IMG/VR virus record: IMGVR_UViG_3300042997_000442
Length of the DNA stretch: 64,000 bases
DNA from: an uncultured virus (IMG/VR IMGVR_UViG_3300042997_000442)
Taxonomy: Duplodnaviria > Heunggongvirae > Uroviricota > Caudoviricetes
Strand: one strand, 5' to 3'
This document shows, one piece after another, positions 17,861 to 28,001 of this stretch. A model generated the notes under the pieces. The model was given only the letters and a program-made list of their open reading frames with translations. It was not told the origin of the DNA and made no database searches. Numbering within the stretch: position 1 is the stretch's first letter; each line of letters begins with the position of its first letter. Position numbers and translations under genes: made by a program.

Positions 17861-19707
17861 ATGAGTGATAGTGTAAAAGAAAGAGCATTTGACAGGATAT
17901 GGGCTAGTAGAGAAATAGCATTAATAAACGCACAACAGCAAGATCCTTATTGGAAAATAGATCCAGATAAAGCTTTTGAACTAAGTTTATCTGACTCAGA
18001 AGATATTGAGATGTGGAATTATATATTAACTTTAATAGAAAAAGATAGAACATGAAAAGAATAATAACTAAAAACGAAGAAACAGTATCATTATGTAATA
18101 TTGGTGATAGTTCAATTGTTGGAATAGAATGGCAACGTGGTGATAGAGCTATGATAATCAGTACGACGAATGGATTTTGTGCACTAAGTAATAGGCATAA
18201 ACCTAATATATATAATGTATGGTATGCTGAGTCTACACAAGAATACATAGAAAAAGCATTAAAACAAGGTAATAACACAAAATCTAAAGCCTTTGTTTTC
18301 GACACGCCATTTGAATTATATAAGTGGATGAGTAAATATGGATAACTAATAAATATATAGATATGAAAAAACTAAACGGATTCGAATCATGGTTAATTCT
18401 TGAAGGATTAAAATTAGCAGCTGATGATATGAAAAACGGTATTGAAAAAATGGAATCAGAAGGTAAAAGAGCATTAATGACTACTGGTTATGTAGACATG
18501 ATAGTAAAAGATACAATAGAGAAAGTAAAAAACTTAACTGTAAAACAAAAATAGTATGAGTACAACATTTGGCGTATTAAAACAGTATGTTGACCATGAT
18601 AAAATAGTAGATGAAGATGGTGATTTATTATGGTATATTTCTGAAAACGCATTTGAACCTGTATTTTTTAGAAGTATGAATAGAAGTAGATGGTTAAATT
18701 CATTAGGTCAATATGCTGATGATAACATAAGAGTATATGCTTTAGACAATACACAACAAGGTGTATACACTATTAAAGATTGTAAAGAACTATTAGAAAA
18801 AGAAAAACAAAAATAATATGAGCGCTAAATTAGTAAAATCAAAAGACGATAGTCAAGTCCAAATGCGTGACTTAAAAGATGGGCAAGTAGCTATAATCAC
18901 AGACTCAGTTTATGCTGGTAGAATAGTACAAAGATACCAAAACTACTGTGTGGCTATTGGAATGCCTGAAGGAAATAGTTTTACAAATGTAAAAGTTAGT
19001 ACTTTGACAGTTAGGATATTAGAAAACGGTGAATTAATAGAAATCTATAATAATAAATAATCATGGCAGAAAACACAGGACAATTAGACAAGTTGATTGC
19101 AGAAAAAGTTGATGAAAAAATCAGAGCATTTGCAACAAGTATAAGTAATCAAGTAAGAGAATTTCTTAAAGATAATGGCGATTATAGCGGCGATTATATA
19201 TATCAAGCTGAAGGTTTTATAAATCGTAATAGTTCTTGGGAAGCAGACGGGTTTTCCCACATGCCAGTAAATAATATATATAAAAATATAAAAGGCGGAT
19301 TGGAGTTATCAGTTAAAGATAAAATGATTGCTGCTGCAACAAAAGATTTATTAACAAAAGTAGCATTATTATCATAATGGATATAAAAGTAAACTTAGTA
19401 GAGCTAGCTTCCGAGTTAGCCAATGACCGAACATTTGAAGTATTAACATCTGAATATATGGGTGAAACTGAAATATATAAAGCCGATAGCGATGTTGTAG
19501 AATATACGCCATATGCTCAAAAAGTATTTGACGTGTGGTATGATTACTATTATAACTTTATTAACAAATATAAAGATTAACATGGAACAAGTTAGTAAAA
19601 TAAACCCTAATCATTTAAGAGGGGTTATAATCTTGAAAGAGAGAGAAGAAGATAAACGATTTGCTGCTACTGAAGAGAGAATTAAACAACTCAAGAAAGT
19701 TAAGTAG
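17861..19707 (+). other. Run of eight small co-oriented hypothetical early ORFs (17861, 18052, 18363, 18556, 18818, 19063, 19377, ~19582)
   Basis: Tightly packed plus-strand ORFs with no recognisable domains. Confidence 0.65.
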
Positions 19708-19709
19708 AT

Positions 19710-20110
19710 CTTTGCTATACACGGTTGTTTGATCATAGAGTGCACGTCATGGTAGCAATCGTGTTATTAACCATTCGAGGGGTACAACGCACCTAGTTAA
19801 CAAGGTAAACAAAGCGAGCCGGCAGACACGGGTAGCGAATGGTTACGTGGGAAACAGCACGTAATACTGAATTGTGTGACTCAGGGAGCAGTGAGGAAAA
19901 AGTCTGTTCAAATTGTATGATCACTGGGGACTATAATCGCCACAAAGCAGTTTAAATAGTCAATGTATGTGCTGCGTATCATTGAACTTACCTATATTAT
20001 ACTTTGTTGATTATCTCGGGGTTACGGGAAGTAATACCAAGCGACGCGAGCTGGTTGTAACCGAAAAGCAAATAAAGAAAATAACCGGTTTGCAAATCAA
20101 CAAAGAACTA
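19710..20110 (+). ncRNA. Candidate large structured ncRNA
   Basis: ORF-free and GC-enriched, with several long stems (TAACCATTCG/CGAATGGTTA, TTACGTG/CACGTAA, GTTCAA/TTGAAC, GACTAT/ATAGTC, CTTTGTTGATT/AATCAACAAAG). Confidence 0.55.
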
Positions 20111-20125
20111 AGTACTGGGCTCTTA

Positions 20126-20199
20126 TAGGAACTTGTTAAAGTCTCCGGGCATTGCTACAACCGACGGGTTAAGGGGTTCGATTCCCCTTTTAGTTCCTA
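20126..20199 (+). ncRNA. tRNA-like element (acceptor-like stem and T-arm, non-canonical D/anticodon arms)
   Basis: TAGGAACT/AGTTCCTA stem and AAGGGG-TTCGATT-CCCCTT T-arm. Confidence 0.5.
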
Positions 20200-20215
20200 A
20201 TTTAATACTAATAAA

Positions 20216-20443
20216 ATGATAGACAAAGACAAGATTAAAGGTAAAGGATCTTTATTATGGTGTCTAATCCTTATAGATCAAGATGACCCAGAAGATTCTC
20301 GTGTTAACTTCTGGTTAGCAGATGATGATGAAGATCTTTATGAACAAGTAAAAAAAGAATGGGAAGTAGATGAAATGCTTGAAACTGAATTTAGACATGA
20401 CTGGGGTTATTATATTATACCAAAAGTAATTGGTACTGCATAA
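20216..20443 (+). CDS. Acidic hypothetical protein
   Basis: 75 aa, D/E-rich. Confidence 0.6.
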   Translation: MIDKDKIKGKGSLLWCLILIDQDDPEDSRVNFWLADDDEDLYEQVKKEWEVDEMLETEFRHDWGYYIIPKVIGTA

Positions 20444-20473
20444 CAAACCAAAAACGAACTAATTGTGATAATA
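20442..20473 (+). promoter_or_regulatory. Putative early promoter P8
   Basis: AACAAACCAAAAACG-N10-GATAATA, identical to P7 over 32 nt. Confidence 0.8.
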
Positions 20474-20498
20474 ATTATGAACTTAAAATTAAATAAAA

Positions 20499-20897
20499 AT
20501 GGAAAAAATTAATGGTCTTTTCGAGTTAGAAGTATTAAGAGTTGTAGAAGCTTTCCCAAGTGTCTATACTAAAGATGACGTAGTATCATTGTTTAATGCA
20601 CTGCGAACTAATGTATTAAATGAAGTAGCTGAATTAAAACCTACTCCTAGATTAACTGAAATGCAGTTTCAAGAATTTGCAGCAGATATTGCGCGTGAAC
20701 TTGAAAGATCTATAAATAACGGTACTATCGAAGTATATGATCAAAGTTCAGCGGAGTTTAGTATTAACTATGACAATAGAGTAGAACTTGAAAACATGGA
20801 TGTGCTTGTTGATAATATAACTGATGAATTACATGATATATTACTTCATCAGTTTCAAGCACATTTTGGTGAATTATTAACTGATAAATCTGAATAA
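20499..20897 (+). CDS. Acidic hypothetical protein
   Basis: Downstream of P8. Confidence 0.65.
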   Translation: MEKINGLFELEVLRVVEAFPSVYTKDDVVSLFNALRTNVLNEVAELKPTPRLTEMQFQEFAADIARELERSINNGTIEVYDQSSAEFSINYDNRVELENMDVLVDNITDELHDILLHQFQAHFGELLTDKSE

Positions 20898-20898
20898 T

Positions 20899-21354
20899 AT
20901 GAATTTAAGAAAATTAAGAGATGAAATATTTTTAGAAGGCGGCGTAAGTTATAATATAACTACTGGTCAAGTAAATCCAGAGTCTGGTTATATGGTAAGT
21001 ATTAGAGGTTATGAAGAGCGTTTTAATATAGATGAATTTTCTGACAAAGACATTCAGCGATATACATTAAAATACGCAGACATGTTATCTGATGCATCGA
21101 AATATATCGGAGGTTGGTTAGACAGGGATAATTATAATGTTGTCTTAGATGTATCGATTAACATTGAAGATATAAAATACGCATGCTATGTCGGTATTAT
21201 TAACAAACAAAACTATATATATGATTGCAGCAATAAACGTGATGTACCTTTACCTTCACCTCAAACTAGCGGGACTGAGACACAACAGAAAGCGTACGCG
21301 AAGATGAAAGCAGAACAATTAGCTTATTTATTAGAAACAACTGGAGTTGAATAA
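20899..21354 (+). CDS. Hypothetical phage protein
   Basis: GGVSY...GYMVS...IGGW...LDVS...Q..IYD pattern. Confidence 0.6.
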   Translation: MNLRKLRDEIFLEGGVSYNITTGQVNPESGYMVSIRGYEERFNIDEFSDKDIQRYTLKYADMLSDASKYIGGWLDRDNYNVVLDVSINIEDIKYACYVGIINKQNYIYDCSNKRDVPLPSPQTSGTETQQKAYAKMKAEQLAYLLETTGVE

Positions 21355-21367
21355 CTAAATATTATAT

Positions 21368-21712
21368 ATGAATATAAACAAGATATTGTTTGATAAGTAT
21401 AAAAGAGATTTTTTTATTGAAGACATTACAAAAATAATAAGAGTAGTTAACGATACTTATATGAGTGAAATGTCAGATGAACTTAACGAAACACTAGATG
21501 GTGGTTGGGTTGAAATAGATTTTTCTGAAGGTAAAGTTGTACATAAAATTGATAACATACCTAAAAACGAAGAATCATTACAAGATAAGTTATTACATGC
21601 AAAAGATATGTTGACAAAAGCTTTATTAGAAGAGGAATATCAACTTGCTGCTGAATTAAGAAATTTAATAGATGATATTGAAATCGAAATAAGGAATAGG
21701 AAAAAGAAATAA
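21368..21712 (+). CDS. Protein with C-terminal UVR-like coiled motif
   Basis: ALLEEEYQLAAELRN resembles the UvrB/UvrC motif. Confidence 0.55.
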   Translation: MNINKILFDKYKRDFFIEDITKIIRVVNDTYMSEMSDELNETLDGGWVEIDFSEGKVVHKIDNIPKNEESLQDKLLHAKDMLTKALLEEEYQLAAELRNLIDDIEIEIRNRKKK

Positions 21713-21722
21713 GGTTGTCAAC

Positions 21723-21766
21723 ATGACATTAGGGTATTATGTAATTAAATAACAGGCTATTGTCAT
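21723..21766. promoter_or_regulatory. Inverted-repeat site copy 3 (reverse orientation)
   Basis: ATGACATTAG-N24-CTATTGTCAT, abutting the start of the HTH gene. Confidence 0.75.
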
Positions 21767-22380
21767 ATATGAGAAAAATAGAATATTTAGAAAAAAGACG
21801 CATGATTTATAGGAAATTCCCTGATACTGATAAACCAGATGAAGTCACAAAAGATTACATGTTATTTAAGAACGGCACTCATCAATGTTATGAGTTGTTT
21901 AGATCAAAAGCAAAGATCACTACATATAAATCTTTAAAATGGCATTTATTAGTATTATGGTATTTAAATCCTAAGTTAAATCAACAAGCGTTCGAAGATC
22001 TTGCTAATTTTATCTCTAATAAAGATAATGGTTTCACTAGTTTTGTGGTACCAGATCATGTCCTTAAGAATATTATATACGAAGTCAGTATGACAGATTT
22101 GGAACGTCCACCAAATAATAAAGTTCGTAAGATAATATTTAAGGACAACTGTGTATTAACAACTACTGAGAAGTTAAAAATAGTAGGATCTGTTATCGGT
22201 AAATCTAAAAAAATAGATGAGAGCGATATATATGAAACTATGCTATACATTCACGATCAAGGCGAATCAATTACTAATAAAAAGATCGCATCGATATTAA
22301 ATGTATCAGAGCGTACAGTATACAGAAATACTAATCAAGAGTTAAATAAAGAAAAAGAATTATTAAATCAAAGTTTATGA
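21760..22380 (+). CDS. DNA-binding protein with C-terminal HTH (likely start ATG 21769)
   Basis: ITNKKIASILNVSERTVYRN. Confidence 0.7.
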   Translation: MSYMRKIEYLEKRRMIYRKFPDTDKPDEVTKDYMLFKNGTHQCYELFRSKAKITTYKSLKWHLLVLWYLNPKLNQQAFEDLANFISNKDNGFTSFVVPDHVLKNIIYEVSMTDLERPPNNKVRKIIFKDNCVLTTTEKLKIVGSVIGKSKKIDESDIYETMLYIHDQGESITNKKIASILNVSERTVYRNTNQELNKEKELLNQSL

Positions 22381-22577
22381 CACTAAAAGAAAAGTTTAAA
22401 GAAATATTAACTGCATTTTGGATAAATGATTGGGAAGATAAATGTGAAAAAGTGGCAGATGAATTTGCTATTGGGTTTGCAGATTGGGTTAGAGTGTGTA
22501 AACTAAAAGGCAGAGGTTATGATTTTGATGATGTAAAACAATTATTAGAAATTTATAAAGACGAAAAAGATTTATGA
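22377..22577 (+). CDS. Small hypothetical protein
   Basis: ATGA overlaps on both sides. Confidence 0.6.
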   Translation: MTLKEKFKEILTAFWINDWEDKCEKVADEFAIGFADWVRVCKLKGRGYDFDDVKQLLEIYKDEKDL

Positions 22578-23155
22578 AACAACTCAGTAAATACCAATTA
22601 AAAAAAGTATCAGATAATCTAGATCATTACTTTAATAAGGCATCTGAAATAGATATAGAAGAAGGTAAAAAATGGTATTACAATGCTAACCAACTTTGTA
22701 AAAATATAGCTTCTAGGTTTAATTCAGATACTGAAACAGTAGCACAAGTTATAAGTGCGTTGAGTCCTAGAAATAAATGGGATAAAAATATTATAGATAC
22801 TGTAACTGTGTTTGATGCTGTTGAAAAAGACTTAAATCCTAGTCAAATAAAAGTTTGCACTTATCATAGAAATAAAAGTAAAGCTTTTGATATTGTAAGT
22901 AAAACTGTTAATATAACTAATAATAGCAGAAAAACGTTTAGCTTTGTTAAGAACATTGGTAATCTAGATTCTAATTATGTAACGATAGACGTTTGGCATT
23001 TGAGAGCATGTATGATGAGAGATGTTAAAACCACTCCAACTAAAAAAGCTTACGATCAACTACAGAGATTAACCTTGTTAAAAGCCAGTAAACATAACTT
23101 AAAAGGTTTTGAGTATCAATCTATAATATGGAACGTAATTAGAAATAACAAGTAA
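22574..23155 (+). CDS. Putative DNA glycosylase-fold (HhH-like) protein
   Basis: WY..AN, ISALSPRNKW..N, K...F..NI, VTIDVWH, YQSIIW motifs. Confidence 0.5.
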   Translation: MKQLSKYQLKKVSDNLDHYFNKASEIDIEEGKKWYYNANQLCKNIASRFNSDTETVAQVISALSPRNKWDKNIIDTVTVFDAVEKDLNPSQIKVCTYHRNKSKAFDIVSKTVNITNNSRKTFSFVKNIGNLDSNYVTIDVWHLRACMMRDVKTTPTKKAYDQLQRLTLLKASKHNLKGFEYQSIIWNVIRNNK

Positions 23156-23205
23156 TATTTCATTCACACAACAATACACAATGTGTAGTTAATAGCAAAC
23201 AAAAT

Positions 23206-23463
23206 ATGACAGCAGTAGAATATTTATTCGAGAATTATTTAGATAATCCTTTATCAATTGAAGATGTAACATATAACATTGGAGTTTTTGAACAAGCCAA
23301 AGAAATGGAGAAGCAACAAAACGACACATCGAAAGTGAAAAGATTTGAAGTGATACAACATTCACCACCTTATAATGGTAGAGCATTTACAAAGTATAAT
23401 GCTAAAGATGTTGAGATACAATTTCAAGATGATGGTAGAACACTTAAAATATTTTTAAAATGA
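23206..23463 (+). CDS. Hypothetical protein
   Basis: TAVEYL...FEQAKEMEKQQ motif. Confidence 0.6.
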   Translation: MTAVEYLFENYLDNPLSIEDVTYNIGVFEQAKEMEKQQNDTSKVKRFEVIQHSPPYNGRAFTKYNAKDVEIQFQDDGRTLKIFLK

Positions 23464-24173
23464 AACAGTATAACTCAGAGAACTTCGATAGATTTAAAAA
23501 AGATCTAGAAAATAAAATAGGTAAAGAATATTTTTATTTAGTAGAAAGTATCGCTAGAAAGTTTAATACAAGTAATGCTGCTGCAGGTATATTCACTCTT
23601 GAAGATTTAATTCAAGAAGGAGTTGTAGGTTTACTTAGCGCTTGTGAAAAAATAGATGACGATGTAATAAACAACAGTGAATTTCCAGATAAGACATTGA
23701 AAAGTTTTCTATCTAAAAGAATTAAAGGTGCGATCAGAAGATCTTTAAATATAAATAGAAGTAGTATTAAAATTCCTGAGTTTAAACTAAATGATCTTCG
23801 TAATAATCCAGAAGACAATGAGAAATTACTACAAGAATATTTTAATGGTTCTTTTCTTAGTATTGATAACGTAGCAGATGATGAAGGTAATACCTATGCA
23901 GACATGATCGAAGATACAGATGACAACTTTAGAAAAGATAGATTAAACGACAAGTTTATCGAAATGATTAAAGATATATTAACTCCAAGAGAATTTTTAG
24001 TATTGTCACACTCTCTTGGTTTAGGTTGCGTTAAACTACAAGCAAAAGAAATAGCTGCTTTATTAGGATTAAAAGGAAAGTATAATCAAATACGAGTTGC
24101 TGAGATAAAAAAAGAATCTATGGATAAACTTTTCAGTCAATTAAAATACTCGCAATTGATTGACTTACTATAA
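23460..24173 (+). CDS. Phage sigma-70-family RNA polymerase sigma factor
   Basis: Region 2 LVESIARKF...LEDLIQEGVVGL...RIKGAI; region 4-like LTPREFLVL...EIAALLG...RVAEIK. Confidence 0.85.
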   Translation: MKQYNSENFDRFKKDLENKIGKEYFYLVESIARKFNTSNAAAGIFTLEDLIQEGVVGLLSACEKIDDDVINNSEFPDKTLKSFLSKRIKGAIRRSLNINRSSIKIPEFKLNDLRNNPEDNEKLLQEYFNGSFLSIDNVADDEGNTYADMIEDTDDNFRKDRLNDKFIEMIKDILTPREFLVLSHSLGLGCVKLQAKEIAALLGLKGKYNQIRVAEIKKESMDKLFSQLKYSQLIDLL

Positions 24174-24256
24174 GTTAAGTGAAAAATTCGTCCCAAAAAA
24201 AGCTTAAATATGGGACAAGACATGTAATTATATTATTAACAATTAAATCAAACTAA

Positions 24257-24838
24257 ATGGCAAAACAGACTCAAGAGTTTTCTTTATTCGAGAAATTATC
24301 TAAAATTCAATTTGAATTCAAAGCTAACAAAAGCAAATGGAATTCATTTGGTAAATATAATTTTAGATCAGCAGAAGACATTTTAGAAGCGTTAAAACCT
24401 TTTAACGAAAAGTACGGCGTATATTTTACTATCGCCGAAGAAATTGTATTTAATGGTGATATGCCTGTGTTGATAAGCAAAGCTGCTATACACGACATCA
24501 ATGGCGTAAATCAAATCGAAGCAACAGCTATTGTTGGCGTTGATCTTCAACAAAAAGGTATGCAGACTCCACAAGCATTTGGTTCTGCTAGTTCGTACGG
24601 TAAAAAATATGCACTTGGCAATTTACTATTGATAGACGATACCCAAGACTCAGACGCTACTAATAATCATGGTCAAACTACATCTGTACCTAAACCAGAG
24701 GTTAAAAAGACTAAACTTGATGTTAAAGATGAGGCATTCACTAAAGCTTTAGAGTTTATTGAAAAAGGTGGATCTTTAGACAGTATTAAAAATAAGTACG
24801 AATTGACTCCAGAAGCTCTAAAACAATTAACTAAGTAA
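24257..24838 (+). CDS. ERF-family single-strand annealing protein
   Basis: YNFRSAEDIL; QAFGSASSYGKKYALGNLLLIDD...DSD. Confidence 0.85.
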   Translation: MAKQTQEFSLFEKLSKIQFEFKANKSKWNSFGKYNFRSAEDILEALKPFNEKYGVYFTIAEEIVFNGDMPVLISKAAIHDINGVNQIEATAIVGVDLQQKGMQTPQAFGSASSYGKKYALGNLLLIDDTQDSDATNNHGQTTSVPKPEVKKTKLDVKDEAFTKALEFIEKGGSLDSIKNKYELTPEALKQLTK

Positions 24839-24841
24839 TAT

Positions 24842-25573
24842 ATGACTAAAGAACAGATCATTGAGAAATTAAGAGATGATGACCATTACTATGGTGAATT
24901 TGGTAAACAGTTTTTAAGCAATTCAAACATCAAGCAGTTACTAGAAGATCCTTTATCTTTTGGTAAAGATACTGAGAAAACAGTTCCAATGTTAGCTGGT
25001 GGTTATTTTCATACTAGAATATTAGAACCAGATAAACTACAAAAGTACAAGATAGTTCAAGCTTCTACTAGAAACACTACAGCGTATAAAACAATTACAA
25101 ATGGTGAATTATGCTTATTAGAGCACGAAGTTGATGAATTAGAGTTATTAACTGATATTATATTAGAAAATAACGTTTGTAGAAATCTGATTAGAGATGG
25201 TGAAGTAGAATACGAAGTACCTAATATTGTAGATTTACACGGAGTAACATGGAAATGTAAAGCTGATATCCTTAATCATTCTGAAAGATTAATCGTAGAT
25301 TTAAAGACGACATCAGATATAGATAAATTTAGATCATCAGCAAATACATACAACTACGACAGTCAAGCATATATATACGAACAAGCTTTTGGTTATAAGT
25401 TTGTATTTATAGTTATATGTAAGAAGTCTAGAAAAATAGGTATATTTGACTGCTCAGATAAATTCCTACAGTCAGGACAATCAAAAGTTGTTAGAGCTGT
25501 AGATCAATATGAATTATTCTTCAGAACAGACGACTTTGACCCAAAGCAATATTTTATAACAGAAACCCTTTAA
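24842..25573 (+). CDS. PD-(D/E)xK exonuclease (RecE/ExoVIII-like)
   Basis: LSNSNIK, GGYFH..ILEP, KCKADI, IVDLKTT, YDSQAYIY. Confidence 0.8.
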   Translation: MTKEQIIEKLRDDDHYYGEFGKQFLSNSNIKQLLEDPLSFGKDTEKTVPMLAGGYFHTRILEPDKLQKYKIVQASTRNTTAYKTITNGELCLLEHEVDELELLTDIILENNVCRNLIRDGEVEYEVPNIVDLHGVTWKCKADILNHSERLIVDLKTTSDIDKFRSSANTYNYDSQAYIYEQAFGYKFVFIVICKKSRKIGIFDCSDKFLQSGQSKVVRAVDQYELFFRTDDFDPKQYFITETL

Positions 25574-25597
25574 ATAGTAACTAAATAATTTTTATAT

Positions 25598-25924
25598 ATG
25601 GCAGTAATTATCAATGCAAGTATTAATTTGAATGCAATTCCAAAAGACAAGATCATCGATGGTAAAAAAGGTAAATACCTACCTATTACCATTACAGTAA
25701 ATGATGACGCTGATACTTTTGGTAATCAAGGTCCAATAACTGTATCTCAGTCTAAGGAAGAGAGAGAGTCTAAAGAGGCTAAAGTTTATCTAGGTAATGT
25801 TAAAGTTGCTTGGACAGATGGTAAGATGACAAAAGCTGATGATCCTGGCGCTGCGTCTAGACAAGGAGCTAAAGCAGCGGCTAAACCTACGGTTGTAGAA
25901 GAAGAAGACGATCTTCCTTTTTAA
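25598..25924 (+). CDS. Single-stranded DNA-binding protein
   Basis: GKKGKYL motif, acidic C-terminal EEEDDLPF. Confidence 0.75.
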   Translation: MAVIINASINLNAIPKDKIIDGKKGKYLPITITVNDDADTFGNQGPITVSQSKEERESKEAKVYLGNVKVAWTDGKMTKADDPGAASRQGAKAAAKPTVVEEEDDLPF

Positions 25925-25946
25925 AAATTCCTTTCCTAAGTTAGTT

Positions 25947-25969
25947 AAACCCCACAAGTTGGGGTTTTT
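25947..25969 (+). terminator. Intrinsic terminator
   Basis: AAACCCCA-caagt-TGGGGTTT followed by T-run. Confidence 0.75.
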
Positions 25970-26007
25970 CTATCTATAATTAGTAACAATTAACTCAAAT
26001 ATAATAT

Positions 26008-27726
26008 ATGAACATAACAGAAATCAATGGCTTTAAGATTGACAAGTTTAATCAGCATGGTTTGGATGAAGGCAAAACACAAGGTCAATGTCCACTGTGT
26101 TCTTCTGATAGAAAAGCTGGTAATGAGAAAAAGAAATGTGCATCTTATGATTGGGAAACTGGAATAGGTACTTGTCATAACTGTAATAAGACTTTTCAAT
26201 TACATACCTTTGAACGTAAAGGTAAAACAGATAAAACTTACATTAAACCACCAGCAAAAGAACATGTAGAAGAAATGCAGATTAGCGAAGCTGTTGTTGA
26301 ATGGTTCGCTAAACGTAGTATATCAAAAGATACACTATATAAAATGCAAGTAACAGAAGGCGTAGAATATATGCCTCAGACTAATAAGAATGAAAACACT
26401 ATTCATTTTAACTATTATGTAGGATCTGAATTAGTTAATGTTAAATATAGAGACGGTAGAAAAAACTTTAAGTTATACAAAGGCGCTGAAAAAGTATTCT
26501 ATAATATTAATAACATAGCTAACTATGACTGGTGTGTAATTGTTGAAGGCGAAATGGATGCATTAAGTTTTGTAGAAGCAGGTATTGATAACGTTATATC
26601 TGTACCTAATGGCGCAACGTTAGGATCTAATAATTTAGAGTACTTAGATAACTGCATCGATTACTTTGAAAATAAAACAAAGATCATTATAGCTACAGAC
26701 AATGATGAAGCTGGTAAAGCTTTACAGTCTGAGTTGATCAGACGTTTAGGCGCTGAAATCTGCTGGACATTAAACTTCGGAGATTATAAAGACGCAAATG
26801 AATATTTAATAAACAACGGTGCAGAGTCATTAAAGGCTTTCGCATTACAATCTAAACCATGTCCACTAGAGAATGTGGTTATGTTAAAAGATATAGAAAA
26901 TGAAATTGAAGACTTTGTACACAACGGTTTCAAACCTGGTTTCCAAATTGGTTTGGATAATTTTGATAATATTTTTTCTACGTACACTGGTCAGTTCATT
27001 ACTGTTACCGGTATTCCGTCTTCTGGCAAGTCTGATTTTGTAGATCAAATGGTTGTTGGTTATAATAATAACTATGGTTGGAAGACAGCATTTGCTTCTC
27101 CAGAAAATCATCCTATATATTTACACTCACATAAGTTGATACGTAAAGTTTGGGGTGATATGCCTTCAAAAGATGATATTGGCACTGATAAATGGAAACA
27201 AGTTACAGATCACGTTAATGACAACTTCTTCTTCATTGATATGGAAAGATATTCATTAGAATCTGTATTAAGAAAAGGTGCTGAATTAGTTAAACGTAAA
27301 GGTATCAAATGCCTTGTTATTGATCCTTTCAACAAAGTTAAATTATTAGAGGCACAGAGTATGTCTATTCCAGATTATACTATGGAATATTTAACTAAGA
27401 TAGAGATGTTTGCTAAGAAGTATGATGTATTAGTTATTGTCGTAGCGCATCCAACTAAAATGTATAAGAATCAAACTACTGGAGAAATTGAAGAACCTAC
27501 TATGTATAATATAAAAGGTGGTGGCGAATGGTATGATGCTTCTTATCACGGTTTATTAGTACATAGAAATTATACTGATAATACTGTTAAAGCTAAAGTT
27601 CTTAAATGTAAGTTCCAGAACTTAGGTACTAACGGAGCTGAATGTAATTTTAAATGGGATCCAAGGTCAGGATGTTTTATACCATTAGCTGTTGTAGAGC
27701 ATGACGATAAAATGCCTTGGGATTAA
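26008..27726 (+). CDS. Primase-helicase (T7 gp4/Twinkle-like)
   Basis: CPLC..CHNC zinc finger, TOPRIM IVEGEMD and ATDNDEAG, Walker A GIPSSGKS, VIDP, VAHP. Confidence 0.92.
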   Translation: MNITEINGFKIDKFNQHGLDEGKTQGQCPLCSSDRKAGNEKKKCASYDWETGIGTCHNCNKTFQLHTFERKGKTDKTYIKPPAKEHVEEMQISEAVVEWFAKRSISKDTLYKMQVTEGVEYMPQTNKNENTIHFNYYVGSELVNVKYRDGRKNFKLYKGAEKVFYNINNIANYDWCVIVEGEMDALSFVEAGIDNVISVPNGATLGSNNLEYLDNCIDYFENKTKIIIATDNDEAGKALQSELIRRLGAEICWTLNFGDYKDANEYLINNGAESLKAFALQSKPCPLENVVMLKDIENEIEDFVHNGFKPGFQIGLDNFDNIFSTYTGQFITVTGIPSSGKSDFVDQMVVGYNNNYGWKTAFASPENHPIYLHSHKLIRKVWGDMPSKDDIGTDKWKQVTDHVNDNFFFIDMERYSLESVLRKGAELVKRKGIKCLVIDPFNKVKLLEAQSMSIPDYTMEYLTKIEMFAKKYDVLVIVVAHPTKMYKNQTTGEIEEPTMYNIKGGGEWYDASYHGLLVHRNYTDNTVKAKVLKCKFQNLGTNGAECNFKWDPRSGCFIPLAVVEHDDKMPWD

Positions 27727-28001
27727 TGGCTAAGAAATTTGAAAAAGCAAATCCTATGGGCGATTATATTCCAACTAAAAAAGAATATGAAGCATTTAAC
27801 TGGTGCATTAATAACGGAGTAAAAATATATCCATCAGCGTATTCATCTGACTCTAATAATAAATTATGGTATTTAAACATCGAGATAAACAAGCAAACAC
27901 GTAAAAGTCCTAAGACTTACGGACCAGTTGATATCTGGAAAAAACTTCATGAACTATATAAATTTTACTATGACAAAAACAGAATTCAAGACAGCAAGTG
28001 A
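27717..28001 (+). CDS. Hypothetical protein
   Basis: Between primase-helicase and the TS-like gene. Confidence 0.6.
   Translation: MGLMAKKFEKANPMGDYIPTKKEYEAFNWCINNGVKIYPSAYSSDSNNKLWYLNIEINKQTRKSPKTYGPVDIWKKLHELYKFYYDKNRIQDSK

Noticed and set aside
19880..20160. RNase P RNA or group I intron (GAGGAAAAAGTC; GACTAT/ATAGTC)
   Set aside because: Only short resemblances. The matching P4 partner and the P3/P8 arrangement could not be built, and no gene is interrupted
12639..20473. 32-bp repeats as a CRISPR or mini-array
   Set aside because: Copies are separated by hundreds to thousands of bp containing genes, the central 10 nt vary, and there are no cas genes
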